Origin: Prorocentrum cordatum
Lineage: Eukaryota
Length of the DNA: 64,000 nt
Assembly (NCBI GenBank): GCA_963575745.1
Contig: CAUYUJ010000003.1
Location: forward strand, 868,001-932,000
Direction of reading: 5' to 3'
The position numbers and the translations under genes were made by a program. Under the pieces are notes generated by a model. It worked only from the letters and a program-made list of their open reading frames with translations. It did not search any database and was not told the origin of the DNA. This document shows, in pieces, positions 26,401 to 39,662 of this stretch; within the stretch, counting starts at the first letter, position 1, and every line of letters starts with the position of its first letter.

Positions 26401-29400
26401 TGCATTACGCTCTAGGTGCTGGATGATGGATCCGATGATGTGCTGGTCGAGCGGCTCCAGGTTGTTATCCTGTGCCCTGGCTGCCGTTCGGAGCTTCTGC
26501 GGCGCCGCCTGGATCTGCTCGGCCTGCGGGGCGTCTCCCGTCCACTTGCGCTGCCGGGCTTCCTTGCGCAGGTCCACCAGCTGCCGCGGGCGCGTGACCA
26601 CCTGGACCTCGCGCTCCAGGATGTCCTCCAAGTGGCTGCGCTCGGCCGCCTTGGTGTAAGCATAGGCCGTCTTCGCGCTGCCTGCCGTCGCGTCGTGCAC
26701 CCGGTGGACGTGCACCTTCTTCGCTGCTTTGGTGAGCAGCTTGGCGGCGCTCTTGACCTCCTCGGCAACCTTGATACAAGTGCCTGGGTCTGCTAGGGCC
26801 CCACCCGCTATGGGGCCGAGCATTGCCAGTAGCTGCTCCTGCTGCTCCTTGGCCGCGCCGTCTTCTTTGGTACTGCCGTAGTCTGGGCAATGGAGTTGGA
26901 GTGCGATCTGTCGCCTCGTTCGTGCCTGCTGTAGCGTCTGGTTGCCTCGCTTGATGCTGGCCTCCTGCTTTCTTCGACTACTCGGGCCACTCCTCGCTCC
27001 TGGGCCGTTTGCGTGCTCAGCTGCTGTTGCATCCTGTGGCTCTTTTGGCCCTTGCTCTTGCTCAGGTTGCTCTTCGGGATCGCGCGGCTGGCCTGCTGCG
27101 CCGCCTGCCGTTGCCTCTGGCGGCCGGGGTTCTGGCCTGCGCCCTGGCGCTCTATCCCCGAGCGCGCGACGCAGCAAGCCTCGCGGTGCTGCCAGTTCCC
27201 TCCAGCGCTGCATCTCCAAGTCGCAGCGCCCCGCGGGGGGCCACGCCTGCCGACCTCCTCAAGAAGCCTTGGCGGCGAGGAGCTGCTTGCCGCCATGCGC
27301 TCTCGCACTGGTTCCAGAGAATGTCCCTGAGGCTGGCGCGCGGGCGCCATCCTCTGATCAGCTGCAGCAGTCTACCGCCCCCGCCGTTGCCGATCATTTC
27401 TTCGAGGGGGGGGGCAGGCGCCATGTCAGCCGCTGCTCGCTGGAGTTCGGGCCGCACACAAGGTCGCCCATCCGCGTGGCTCCTCATCTCTGGAGGTCGA
27501 GGCGCGTCGCCGCGTAGTCGTCGACATCGCGACCCCTTCTGCGCTGGATCTCCTCCGAGAGCCAGGGCGAGGGCAGGCGCATGTCTTGCGGCGGCTCTGC
27601 TGGCGCGCCCTTCACCGGTGCAAGGTCACCGCTGCGGCTCCCGCTGCAGCCTAACCCCTCGCCGCGGCCTATGCCCTCGCCGCGCTGGGGCTGGCTGTGG
27701 CCTTGCCCCTCGCCGCGCCGGGGCCGGCAGCGGCCTGGCCCCTCGCCGAGCTGGGGCCCTGCTGCCCCTGCTCGCCCCGCTGCCGGCGCCCGGCTTTTAC
27801 CGCCGGCTTCCTGGTGGATGTCCCACTGCCAGTGGTACCCGACGCAATCCTCCTCATCTTCGAAGGGGTCGTGATCTTCGATGCCCACGGTGCTGCGTCC
27901 TGCTGCCGGGGGAAAGGCACCCCTCTGAATCCCCTCTGCGCCACCTCCCGGGCAGCTGCGGGGCTGGCCCACGTCGCGGTCTGGGGCGCGCCCCGCAGCG
28001 GCGCGCTTGGGTGGCGGGGGGCCCTGCCCCATCTCAGAACTGCAGGAGGCGGCGCCCCCCCCATGGACTGCCGCGCGCCCTGGGCGGCGCGCCGGCATCT
28101 TTTTTGGACAAGCGCCCCCGCCCCAGAGGTCCAGGGCGCGTCCTTTGGCGGCGGTGCTGGGCAAAGGCAGCGGCGCCCGTCGCAGCCTCTCTCCGGCCTG
28201 CTCGCGAGCTCCTGGGCCTCGGCCTGGGGCGGGGGAACCTCCTCCAGTGCTGCCTGGTTCATGCCAATGTGCACAGTGGGCCGCTGCCGTCGCCTCCCCC
28301 GCTGTCTGCTTGCCCCTGCTGCTGGGGCGGTGCGGGGGGGCCCTGGCCCCGCTCGGTGGGGGCGCGATCCGCCGAGCGTTCTCCCGCGCCCTTCGACGGG
28401 CTCACGGCTGGCGAGGGGGCCCCGGCATCGCTGGCTGCCTGGCCCGATGACGCGGCGGCGCTGGGCTCGGGCGCCGACGGGCCCAATCCACCATCTGAGC
28501 CTTCGTCGGTTTGGGCCTGCGGCTTGAGGGTTTGGCGCGCCGCCTCTTCCTCCTCCCAAGCCCGCGCGTCGCGATGCGAGAGCTGGCTCACTAGCGAGGC
28601 GATCTCTGCCCACCGCGCGCGCGCGCCTTCCACTCGGCGCCTGCCCACGCGAGGGCAGGGGCCGCGTCCTGGATGCTGATGCTCTTGTAATCCGGCGGCC
28701 TGCCCTGCCCAAGGTGCTTGCCGCGCTCGTCGGCGGGGGGGCCCGCGCTCTCGCGCAGGCTGAGCTCGAGCGCGTCCGCGAACTGCCCACGCCGCCGACC
28801 TAGTTGCAGCATGTCGTCTCCGATCAGCGCGCCCACGACCGTGCCCTGCAAGTGCGCGGCGAGCTCGCCCAAGGCCCGCGCTCGAACTTCGGCGGCCGTG
28901 GCCAGCCAGAGCTCATCGTGGACGACGTGCTGCACCTCCTTGTCGCAGTGCAGCTGCGACACTGGCTCCGCGCCATTCTCGTCGCCCTCGCAGCCTGATT
29001 CAGCAAGCGATTGCTGTCGCCTTCACATTGCTTCTTGCCCTCCACGGGCGGCCCCGCGGCAGGCTGCGCGCGACTTGGGCATCTTCTCGATGGTGACTGG
29101 CGGTTCGATGGCCGCTGGTCTTCGTGGGCCCCCCCCCTCTGAGCTGTCGGGGTCTGCCGTTCAGCTTGGGCCTGACTCCGCTGCGCGGCTTCCACGGCGC
29201 TGTCCTGATCAGCTCCTGCTCGCCAAAGTGCGGCGCGAGGCCTGTCGAGATGAACGCGTAGTCTAGGCAGCGCGCTGCGCCCGCAGCTGGAAAGCACGTC
29301 GGGGCCTCGTTCTCTGCTGCAACCACCTGCGCATGTAGCGCCCCGGGCCAGAAGCTGTCGTTGAACCCCGACGGCGCGATGTTGAAGTCGCCCGCGGCAG

Positions 29401-31313
29401 CCCAGGCCCCCCCCCCCCCCTGGGCTGCCATCTTCTCGCGCAGGTCGCAGTGCAAGTCAATGTTCCTGTCCGCCGGGCCCGTGCCGCACTCCAGGTAGAT
29501 GAAGGCTACAACGGAGCGCACCTTGTGGAGGTTGGTGATCACTACCGTGATGTCGCTGCCCTCCCCCCTCTGGTCGCGCTCGTCGTAGCCCGCAATCCTG
29601 TCCTGGATGTCCAGCGTGCTGCGCGCGAGGGCACGGGTGCCCTCTCTGGTGCCTTCTCCTTCTCCTGGGCGTGCTCTGGTCCAGTGGCTGCGAAGCCCGC
29701 TCTTCCGCAGGGCCGCTCTTGCCTTGCTGACGCGCGCTGTCTGGCGCAGGCGGTGCTCCGCCATGCCGATGATGTCTCTGTCCTCCGCAATGTTGATCTC
29801 CCCGAGGTAGCCTTGCGCCTGGTGCCCCCCGGTGGTGATGTTGAAGAAATCGACGTGGAATTGGCGGCGAGCCCTCTTCTTTCTCGCCTCCTTGCGACTA
29901 CCCTGGGGACTCATCGCTTTGCACCTCTGCGACGGAGACCTCAGCTCGCCGGGCCCGGGCGACCATGCCCCTTGCCTGCTGGGCGTGAGCATCCACTCGG
30001 GCTCGGCGTTCTTCGTCTCTGCTGCCTGCTCCTGCGTCTGGTTCGGCAGTTTCGCCTGGAGCATCTGACTCAGCGGCGCCGGTGGGCTTGGCCGCTGCTG
30101 CTGCTCCAGAGCCTGCTGACTCTCTTGCTGGCTCGCGCTGTGGCGCTGGGCTCGGGCAGAGCTTCTTGCCTGACGGGCCCTGCGAGCGATCTGCCTGCTC
30201 TGCTGCTGCATCTGGTTGGCGTTCGAGGCGGCCCTGTTCGATCTGCCGCAGCTGCTCCTGGTACTTGGCCGTCTCTTCCGCCAGGTACTGCAGGTGCTTT
30301 GCCGTCTCCGCCTCGTGTTCATTGACTTTGTTGGCCATGGCCTCGCTCTTCGCCTTCGCCGCGCGCCAGACTTCTTTCTCTGGCTCTGCCCACCTGTGGA
30401 AGTCGTCGGGCTCCTTCTCGAACTGTTCCAGGAGGGCGGCCAGGTCGGGCTTGTCGGCTGGTGCTGCTGCGCCTGCTGGAGCTGGTTCAGGCTTGCCGAC
30501 TGGGCCTTGAGCGTGTCGAATTCCTCCTCTGCTGCGGTGGCCGACTCCATTGCCTCATGCAGCTTGCGTTCACTATCTGCCAGATGCTGCTTGGCGCTCT
30601 CGACCGCTTCTCCTGCTGCTCGCGCCCGCTTCTGGATATTGTCCAATCGTCTGGCTGCTGCTTCCACTGCTTTGGGTCCAACTGATGGTGCAGCTGCTGG
30701 TTGCTGAGATGCCACCAGTCCTGGCCAGAGCGCCTCATAGTGGGTGCGGACGGGATCGTCCTTGGAGAGCTTGTCGTACGCTGTGGCTGCAGCTGTGTGC
30801 TGCTGTTGGTCTCCACGCCCCTTGCCTCCTGCACCTCCTTGATGCCATCCATCCGCCCGCATGACTCTCGGCGAACCATTTACTCCTGCTCCTCCCCATG
30901 GGAGGTTGGGCCTGCTGCGGCCGTCGTCGTCGTTGAAGATGTGGCCTTCTGACACGAAGTGGGCGAGGCTGGCGCCACATATGCGGGCATCGTTTCTGCT
31001 GGTGATGTTCGTGCAGTAGCGCCACCTGCTGCACTCATCGCACACCACATAGCTGCTGCGTGGAGGACGGCTGCCGCTGCCGCTCCTCCACGGAGCCCTC
31101 TGGCCATGCGGAGCCCCCGTCCAGGCGCTGCCCGCCCCGCGTCCGCCGCCGCCATGCCCCATGGCTGCTGCGGTGCCGCCCGCGCGCGCCCGACGCCCGT
31201 CAGAAGACTGTCCTCGGTCCAGAGGTCTCCCTGCGGCCTGGAGGTTGGACAGCCCCCCAGGTTGGAGGCTGGACAGCCCCCCAGGTCATCATCTTGAGCG
31301 AAAACGGTGACGG
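23500..31313 (-). mobile_element. Near full-length degenerate LINE: ORF1, APE endonuclease, RT, Zn finger, RNase H
   Basis: ORF1 from 31162 (CDEC Zn motif, coiled coil); APE motifs FFNIT, MAEH, AGDFN, PTC, LDY; RT motifs RPIGLMHMPYRIWS, YDAANSYDSI, MVAGC, QYLDD, VRDLG; CARC...HRYYDC; RNase H motifs TVPRAEL, SDCKY, NEMADKYA. Confidence 0.92.
31293..31313 (-). other. Relict dinoflagellate spliced leader at the LINE 5' end
   Basis: Minus strand CCGTCACCGTTTTCGCTCAAG versus CCGTAGCCATTTTGGCTCAAG: 17/21 ungapped, in sense orientation, 130 nt upstream of the ORF1 ATG. Confidence 0.75.
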
Positions 31314-31413
31314 GGAGGTACGGAGGGAGGAGGAGGAGAAGGGAGGAGACGTTGGTGATGGTGGGCACCGATTGCGGGCAGCGTCCGAGTGGCTGGGAAT
31401 AAGCAGCCTGAGG

Positions 31414-31445
<32 letters not shown>

Positions 31446-32924
31446 TAAAGATATAGAAAGAGCAAAGGCGGAGAGGGGAGGAGGGAGGAAGAAAAAGGGA
31501 GAAGGAAGAAGAAAGAGGAGGAGAGTGCCGATTCACCTGGGAACCCGTGTAGGATGCGAAAGTGAGCGATTCCATACTTCGAAGTCGTGTGAGGGGTTCG
31601 CCCCAAGTCCCCGTAAGGAATACACATGTGGATGACCTTCGTATCTTCGGACTCGTCGGAATGAAGGCTTAAGCAATCAAGGCTCGTTCTTTCCCGATTG
31701 CTTTGACGTGTAACGGGCATGCTGCAGCGCAGAATGGCTCGATCCCAAGCCTTTCGTGCGTAAAGCCTGCCAAACTTTAGGTCAACGCTCAAGTGTTTTG
31801 CCTCCAGAAGCGCACACTGCACTGGGGTGCAGCATATGTTGAACAACACGAACCAGCGTTCCCGTGCAAGCACTGGTGAGGTGTAGTTACAGGGAGTTGC
31901 AGTTGCAGTGATCAGTGCAGAAGTCCAGTCAAGGAAAGGAGGGGAGGAGGAGGAGGGAAGAGGGAGGAGGGATAAGGACGGAGGAAAGGGGAGCGAGGAG
32001 GGAGCGGCGGCAGCAGCAGCAGGAGGGAGGAGGGAGGAACTGCCAGGGACTACACCCCGCTCCGAATCATACCTCCCCCTTCCCCACCCCCAACCCCCCG
32101 GACCGTCACCCATCCTCATTCCTGCTCGACCCCCCTCCTCTTCAATCTCCTCGTGCGCAGCATCAATCATTTTCATCCTCACCACGAGAAATCACCGACT
32201 ATCGTCTACGACTATCACCCACCATCTACAACCCATAAACTACCATCCATCATCGCCACCATCACCACCATTATCATCACGCCATCATCATTCATGCTCA
32301 TCCCCATCAACATCATCACCACCAGAAGCAGCAGCAGACCTCCCGCGAATCCTGGCCCCTGCGATCCTGCGAGGCGGGGATTTGTCCAGATCCACCGCCT
32401 AGGGAAACGAAGCCCTGAGCCCCCAGCGGTCGGTGAGGGTGGCCAGAGTATGTCCATGTCCACTGCCCGCCGAAGTCTCCGAAGATCGATCCCCAAGGCG
32501 GCGGGCACGTACACACTTAAGACGAAGCCAGGACGAGGATAATTTCGGGTAAACATAAATCGAGAATATCTGAGATCCCGCGGATCTGGAGAATGTCTCT
32601 GGCGCCGCGGCCTTCTCTGAGCGTTCCAGGACGCGAGAGCGTTCCGGAACGTTCTGGAACGGATCTATCTTCGTCCTAGACCCGCCCGAACATTCCCGCC
32701 TCGGACTGCGATCCCTCCCCCACGCTGCTGCCGCGACAATCCGCGGGGCCCTCTGAAAGCCTCCGCCCCGTGGCCGCAGGGCCCGGAAGGGGGCCGCGCA
32801 CCGACCCCGCCCTGGGCGGCGCGGGGGCTGGTCAGCCGAGCATCTTGGCGAACAGCGCCTTCTCCTGCTGCTTCGCTCTCCTCGGCGGGGAAGGGGGGAG
32901 GGGGGAGCATGAGGGCGAATAGGA

Positions 32925-33112
32925 TGCAAAACAATGACAGCATACATGTTTTTTCTGTGTAAAGGGTCAGGGTGTGCAAGATACATTGTATAACGATGTA
33001 GAGCGGGCGCGGAGCCTGGCCAGGCTTGAGCCTAACGCCCATGGCCCAACACTGCCCCCCACTATGCTACAAGCATGCAGACTGCCCGGCTGCCTAGCAA
33101 CCTACCGTTTGA
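32925..33112 (-). repeat. 3' LTR of copia-2
   Basis: Collinear with 53702-53869, with an identical core gagcgggcgcggagcctggccaggcttgagcc and an insertion of about 20 nt. The inner end is degraded. Confidence 0.75.
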
Positions 33113-36100
33113 ATCTGGTGCTTAAACGAATCCGTTGTGCCTCGCTGGTGGCCAAGACGCAAGCCGTCCAGACCACCAACAAGACACGACGAACGGACTA
33201 AACAGTTCCAGTGTCAGGAAACCTTTTTATACTAACCATGTTCATGATAAAATATGCTGTGCCTGACAAGGTAGATTAACCGGTTTGGGTAGATCCCGTA
33301 GTTGGCGGTCTTCACTCCGCCCCAAGGCACATCGGCCCCCACGGTACCAGCCGCCATAAACTTGTTTCACGTCGCCCGTGGCAGGGGTGGAATTACCCCC
33401 GAAGTCGGCCCGCCAACCCCTCCAACAACAGCAGCAGAAGACTGACAGTGCAAGCGGCCCCTCAACTCACCCGCTGTTTCTCGAACGCAGTTCGAGAGAG
33501 CAGTTTCCCATCAATGTGGCTCACAATGCCGCATTTTGCAGACACTGTTCGCCTGCGCCCGAAATCTGGTCACCCATCGTCCTTATCGTTGGCGGTTTCG
33601 CTGTAGCTGGATCTTGGTACGGCCCTCGTCTTGCACTGTTCGCTTAGCGTCACTGTGGGGAGGACGTAGACGAGCTAGCCCTCCATGGCGTCGAGGATAA
33701 GATCTCTGCCGATGGTCCCTTTTGTCATGGACTGCGCTCGCATGTCGCGGGCGTCGCGCCGCAGCATGACGGGTAGCTGTTTGGCGCGGCGCTGGTCCGC
33801 TAGCCGCCGCCGGTGGCCTGCCATGCTGTTCTCTGATGGCGGGCGCCAGACGGACATGCCGTCTGCGACCAGGTCGGCCTGCACGGTGGACCCCCCCCTC
33901 CTCCCTCAGCCTCCTGATCTCGCCTGCTGAGGCGGGTCCTCGCGGCGTCTCGCGGAGCGCGAGGAGGCGCGCCAGTGGTCAGTCTGCTGCTCCACGTGCC
34001 GCGAACAGATCGGAGCCGAATGATAATCTACACGGCGATCGACTCACAGCGTCCAGCTAGTGGCAGGTCTGTTTACCAATACTGCGACATTTGCCCAGAC
34101 GCATGTATACTGCGCCTCTCATGCCGCGCCCTGTCTCCTCCTCGCCCTTGAAGGAGCCGTCGCTGTGCGCGCCCAGCTGGGACGCGCACTCCATCGCCGG
34201 GTAGACGATGCGCGCATTGACCTTCCGCGGGGCCAGATCGACGGCGTTGACCTGCATGATCGACGGCGTCGACCTGCATGATGGCCCTGTTTTCGGCCCG
34301 CTGCAACGCGACGATGTATGCGGCAACGTGGCAATGCGCGGAAATCAAATTCGGCGGCTGCTCCGAAGAGGCAGACAAGGTGGTCCGGGAGTGGGCCCTC
34401 AGCTGGCTCGTCGGCCTTCGATTTGACCAGGTCGACGCGCCCGATCGGGATCAGCTCGTCGATGCACTCGCCCCGGTTGAGCATCGCGCCGCCGTCGGCG
34501 CTGTGGTGCTGGTGGGCACCGCGCTTGGTGAAGTCGTCGTAATCCCGTTTTATTTTCCCGAAAACGCTCTCGATGTGGCCGATGAGGCGGTTGACGTGCT
34601 CCTTGCGTCCAGCCGTCTGGATATCGTCAACGCGCTTGGACAGCATGCGTGCTACCTCTGGGGCGCCGGCGCCGCGGGCGCAGGACGCCTCGTGCATGAC
34701 CTCGAACTCTGGGCCGCGCCGCCTCGGCTCTCCTCTGAGCGCGCGACCGAGGCGCGCCCCCGCAGCCCGTGCCCGGCTTGATGCAACCCAGGCACTCGGT
34801 CCGCTCGTCGAAGGACTCGCAGCCCGGGACCTGCCCGAGGACGGCCGCGCTGCTGGGCGGCAGGGTGAAATCTACCCCCCTCGGCGCTTCGCCCTGCTCC
34901 TGCATCTCGGCAAAGCGGCAAAGGCCATGCCCCACAGGAGCGCCTTCTGGGCGTCCACGGCGACGCGCGCCCTGTCTTGGCGACGGGCTGCCTCCGGAGA
35001 CAGAATGCTTTGAGACACCGCTTTCGCCGCCCTGGCAAACGTCTCCAGGGCCCCGGCGCCCATGTCGCGGAAGACCCCAGCGCCGCGCGGCAACGGGTGA
35101 CCCCGTCAGATTTCTCGCCCGACCATTCCAGTGCTTCCATTTGAACGCGCCTGAAGCCCATGGCGTTTCGAGCGCCTTTAAGAGGGCGGCTCTCGAAACA
35201 CTTGTGCTTGACCCAGGTGGTGAGTTCCTCGAGGATGGCAGCGGCCACCTCCTTGGTCAGCCTCGACACCTCCTCTTTGGTTAGGAGACTGGCGTCGCGC
35301 TTCGTTGCCGCGGCCTCGACGGCGGCGAAGACCCCAAGCGCGGCTGTGGCGCGCCCGCCGGCGCCATAATTGCGCTCGTGGCAGCTCAGAAATGCTTCGC
35401 GCGCACTTGGGTCCAAATATAACTCCACGCGCTGTCCCCCTCATCCCCCGCCCCAAGATTGGCGTGGACGTCTGGGGTTGCGCCGCGCAGGCAGTGGTGA
35501 TGCCGCTCGTGGATCTGTCGACGATGGTGCTGCGTCTCCAGGCGCCGGGGCCGCTCGCGTCGTCTGCGGCCCATGCTGGCGGCCGGGTGCTCGACGGCCG
35601 CGCGGGCCATCTGCTGGCTGTCGGGGCACTCCAGCTCCTGCGGCTCCTGAGCCAGATCCTCGGCGCCCTCGACCTCCTTCCAAGCTGCCAACATCGCCTC
35701 TTGTACGCGGCAAGAGAAGTCACGGTCGGCCTCTTAGGGCATTACCGACAGGGCTGATGGTGAACCACCCTCGAAGACGCTGGCGGCGCCCCCAAGGGCG
35801 CACAGACAGTCATGGAACGTCGCCCCGCCTTGATCCCGCCCGGCGTCGGACGCCAGCAGCTGTCCGCCACCCAGGACAAAATGGCCGATGCGAGCGTTCT
35901 TCAAGCTGAAGGCTGCGGGCCTCGAACTCGACGCCGCCCAAGCACAATTGGCGGGCGTCGCTCGGGCCCCGAGGCGACCGCCAGATGACTGGGCTGCGGC
36001 TGCAGCTCGGCCAGTTGCCTACAAATTTCGGACCTCGCACGAGACGCGCGGCACAAGCGTCTGGTAGTTAGAAACATCTGCGGGGAAAGTGGCGCCGAGC

Positions 36101-37929
36101 ATCGAGGACATCAAGGCGCTGCCGAGCCTGCTCGGCCAGTTGCTTGCCCTGCCCCTGAGCTCCTGAGCCTGGCGCCATGTGCTCGAGGGAATCGCCCATG
36201 CGATCCCAGGCCCAGCCTGCTCTTGCCATGCCGGCGCTCATGACGTCGACGACGGCGCCGCAGGTCCGCGCGAGTAGCCCGCAGACCACCCCGGCGCTGC
36301 GGTGCGCGACCGCGGCCTTGCTTCTGGCCAGGTCCACAATGACAAGATCTGCCCAGCCGACGCGTCTTTCGTGCTAGGAGGCCGCTGGGTCTCCACCTGG
36401 TCACTCACGTTGACGCGTCCCTTCTCGGTCTCGGTAGCACGTGTCGGAGGCGCGATTGAAGCGAGCAGTCGAAGTCGCCTCAATCATGCGCTGCAAGGCG
36501 ACATCGCGGATGCACCACTGCAGTCGGTTGGGTTGCACCTCGCCAGCGGCAGCGGGCCCGGCTCCGGCGACGCATTCGCCCTCGCCGTCCTCGACTGCGC
36601 CGAGCGGTGACAGCATGCTGGGCCGCCGGCCGAAAACGACGTTACACGGCGTAACGCCGCCCACGTGGGCGAGGCTGCTGCCCGCGAAAATGGCGCGGGC
36701 CAGCACGGGGTCGAAATTGGCAATGGTGCCTTCGCGCCCCAACTTGCCAGCGCGCGTCGTAACATTGCGCCGCATCGCTCCATGAAACGAGCGTGCTGGC
36801 ACTGGGGCTTATATCCTCCTCATCTCCTCTACGAACTACTTGGAGGTCATCCCGCCCTCACCGCCCGCGATGAAAGTCCCCCTTGATCCGACTAGCTGGA
36901 TCCATGACCTGCCCACTGCTGCCAGCAACGCGAGTCGCATCTGCACTCGATCTACTGGCCGTTGCGCCACCTCGAGGAGCAGCAGATCAAACGCAGTAGC
37001 ATGCGGATGTCACAATTAACGTGCTGGATGGAATTGCGTCGGAAAGCGCAGCGCGGCAACGGTCTGGCGCGCTGGCGGGGGCCCCCCTTGCGGCATTCCC
37101 GGCAGTGGATAACCGCAGTGGGGATGATGTCTCAACTACCTGTGACATGTTGGCTGCGCGCAGTGCTCGCGTCATCTCCTCCTTGGTGGCGTGCCACCAC
37201 TGGAGATGTAGCCTGCGCGGCTCTCGCATTCGTGTTCGTGCGAGTCGCGACGTATACCAAATCGAGCCCAGTCTGCAGGTGCTGAATTGCCTACAGCGGC
37301 GTCGGTAGCTCGAGTTGCTCTCCGTCTCGGTGTTGTGCTGGCTGCTGGACTGGCTCGCAGTTGCGGATTGGCAACGCGGCTGCCCTCTCCACTACCCCGA
37401 GCCCCAGCGCTGGAGGATGAGCTGGCACCGAGTGAGCTGGCCGGTGCCCATGGTAGTGCGGCGTCGTCTGCTGCTCCGAGGTCTGCTCCTCCAGGCAGCT
37501 GAGCCCGTTGCTCGCTGGTTGGGCGTGGTCCTCCAGGTTGTGCTTGCGCCCGTGAGTGTTGACCCGTAAGTGGGCGACGCAGTGCACGAGGATCCGCGAG
37601 CCTACACTTGCTGAGCTCGTGAGCGCGCGTTGGATGGTCGCGTTCCTTCTCCTCGCGGCAGGCGGAGCATTCCACATGGATTCGGGCACTGTGAGGGTGC
37701 TGGCAGGTGGCCTGGCCTCGGGCGGGCACGGGCAAATCCAGTCGCACGTTGCGAAGCACGCCTTGCGCGCGTAGCGCGCGCGCTCAGCGGCCATGGGGCT
37801 CCTGATCTCACTCGTTCTGCGGCCCCTTGAGACCGCCGCTAGGAAGGCTGCCGCGTCGAAGTCGCAGTCGCGAACATAGTTCGCCTCATGCGGTCGTCGC
37901 ATGCGCTGGCGTAAATTCACGATGCCCTG

Positions 37930-38540
37930 GACAAGCCGTCTGGCCATATTTCATGGCAAGACCTGGGCGTCGGTGCTGTCGTGGCCCTCGACGTGCACGC
38001 GCGGGTGCTCGTTGGTGCACCTGAGGTTCACGAACTGATCGAAGATCCCCAGGGCATGGAAGACGAGGCTGGTTGTCTTCCTCCAAATGCCCCCGCGGCG
38101 ATCTCGAAGTCCCTGGTGACACTTGTCGAAGGTGACCTCTGGCATCGATGGCACCTCTGGCCAGAGCGGCTCGTCAACAGCCATGCTGGGCCAGGCGGCT
38201 CGTTGACGAAGTAGTTGCCCAGCTGCAACTGCAGCCGTGCAAACTAGCCGCAAAATCTGCCATGAAGCGCCACGTCCTCGCAGGGCCAAAGCCGAGCGCG
38301 GTCGTTGCAAGTGCAATTCAAAATCGCCCAGCGACCGAAAGGCCGGGGGCCGGCAGGCGGGAGACATGACGGCCACTAGGGGCCCGTGTTGTTGGAGGTA
38401 CTGCTCCACGGCTCACTGCTGGCTCTCATCGTTGAGGTCGCAGCCCGTGGCCATGTCGAAGATGGCGCTCGCCTTCAGGCGGCAGCGTGCTGGCCCGCGC
38501 CTCCCCACCGAATATCACCACGATGTCAGCGCCGCGGTCG
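37930..38540 (-). pseudogene. Cytosine-5 DNA methyltransferase-like domain in copia-2
   Basis: DIVVIFGGEA (motif I-like), FDMATGCDLND, PLVAVMSPACRP (motif IV-like), YFVNEPP (VI), DKCHQGL...RKTT, RCTNEHPRVHVEG. Confidence 0.75.
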
Positions 38541-38901
38541 ATGCAGATGAGGTGGGTGAGGAGGTGGCGTGCGTCGCCGAACTCGGTGGACTGCGACGAT
38601 CGAGCACTCGCCAGGCGGCGATCCGATGCCAGGGCCGACGAACCCTGGAAACCCCACGTGGGCAGGCCTGAGGCAAGGCAGCCGCGAAGGTCGTCGTCGT
38701 CGTCGCACGCGTCGGCTTCGCCCACGTAGCCACTGGCTGGGAAACCCAGAAGACGCAGGGCAAAACCCGTGAGGTCGGTGCCGCAGTCGTCGCGGTGGTC
38801 ATCCACGACCAGCTCCCGTGCCTTTGGCACATCTCCCCGCCCATCTTTCGCTTTCTGGCGCGCGCGCTCTGCCGCGGGGTAGGCGCCAGCAACGCAGTTG
38901 C

Positions 38902-39662
38902 CAGACGACCGTCGTTCAGCGGCAATTCCCCAATCAACGCTTGCACTGAAGGGGTTCTCGCGGATGTTGCTAGAATTGACAAGTGCCTCGCCGATTTTGG
39001 CGGCGCGCTGGGTTCCCAGGTTCCCGGTTCCGGGACCCCGGGTTTCTGGTCACTGGTTCCGGGCCGAAGGTTCACTGCCGATCTCACTGTCGAATTCGTT
39101 GCGGATCTCATTGGTTCCCGGGTTCCCGGTTCCGGATTCTCGGGTTCCTGATCATTGGTTCCGGCCGGGCCGATGATTAACTATCGATCTCACCACCGAT
39201 CTCACTGTCGACTTCATTGCGGATCTTATTCAATTTCCCAATCGTGATTGCATTGAAGGGGCCCTCGCGGATGTTGAAAGATTTGTCGAAAGTGCCCCGC
39301 CGATTTTGGTCGCGCGCTGGGTTCCCGGGTTCCCAGGTTCCCGGTTCCGGGTTTCCGGGTTCCCGGTTCCGGGTTCCGGGCCGATTTCAAGGGCGGCGAG
39401 GATCCCGGTTTCCCAGGTTCCTGGTCGATCTTCTTATCGATCGGTCTCACCATACCGACTTCTCGACCGATCTTACCATCGATCTCACAATCGATACTCA
39501 CTATCACTATCACAAGCGATCTCATAAGAGATCGCATGAGCGATCTCGCAATCGCCCTCACCTTCGATTCCACGGTCGATCTCATTATGGATCTCACAGC
39601 CGATAACAGTATCCATCGTACCAATTTTCCAAATCACCCACTGTTATTTTCAAATGTAACAT
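38902..39662. mobile_element. Non-coding, internally repetitive insertion (about 760 bp) with a 12-bp target duplication
   Basis: Flanked by caacgcagttgc (38890-38901) and caacatagttgc (39663-39674). Contains an internal duplication of about 308 bp, plus ggttccc and cgatctca subrepeats. Confidence 0.7.

Noticed and set aside
27009..28679. 556-aa plus-strand ORF and similar long Arg/Ala/Pro-rich ORFs
   Set aside because: Antisense shadows of GC-rich retroelement sequence with no motifs.
32915..32924. Target-site duplication for copia-2
   Set aside because: The flanks (atagga versus agaaga) match only partly, so no TSD can be claimed.
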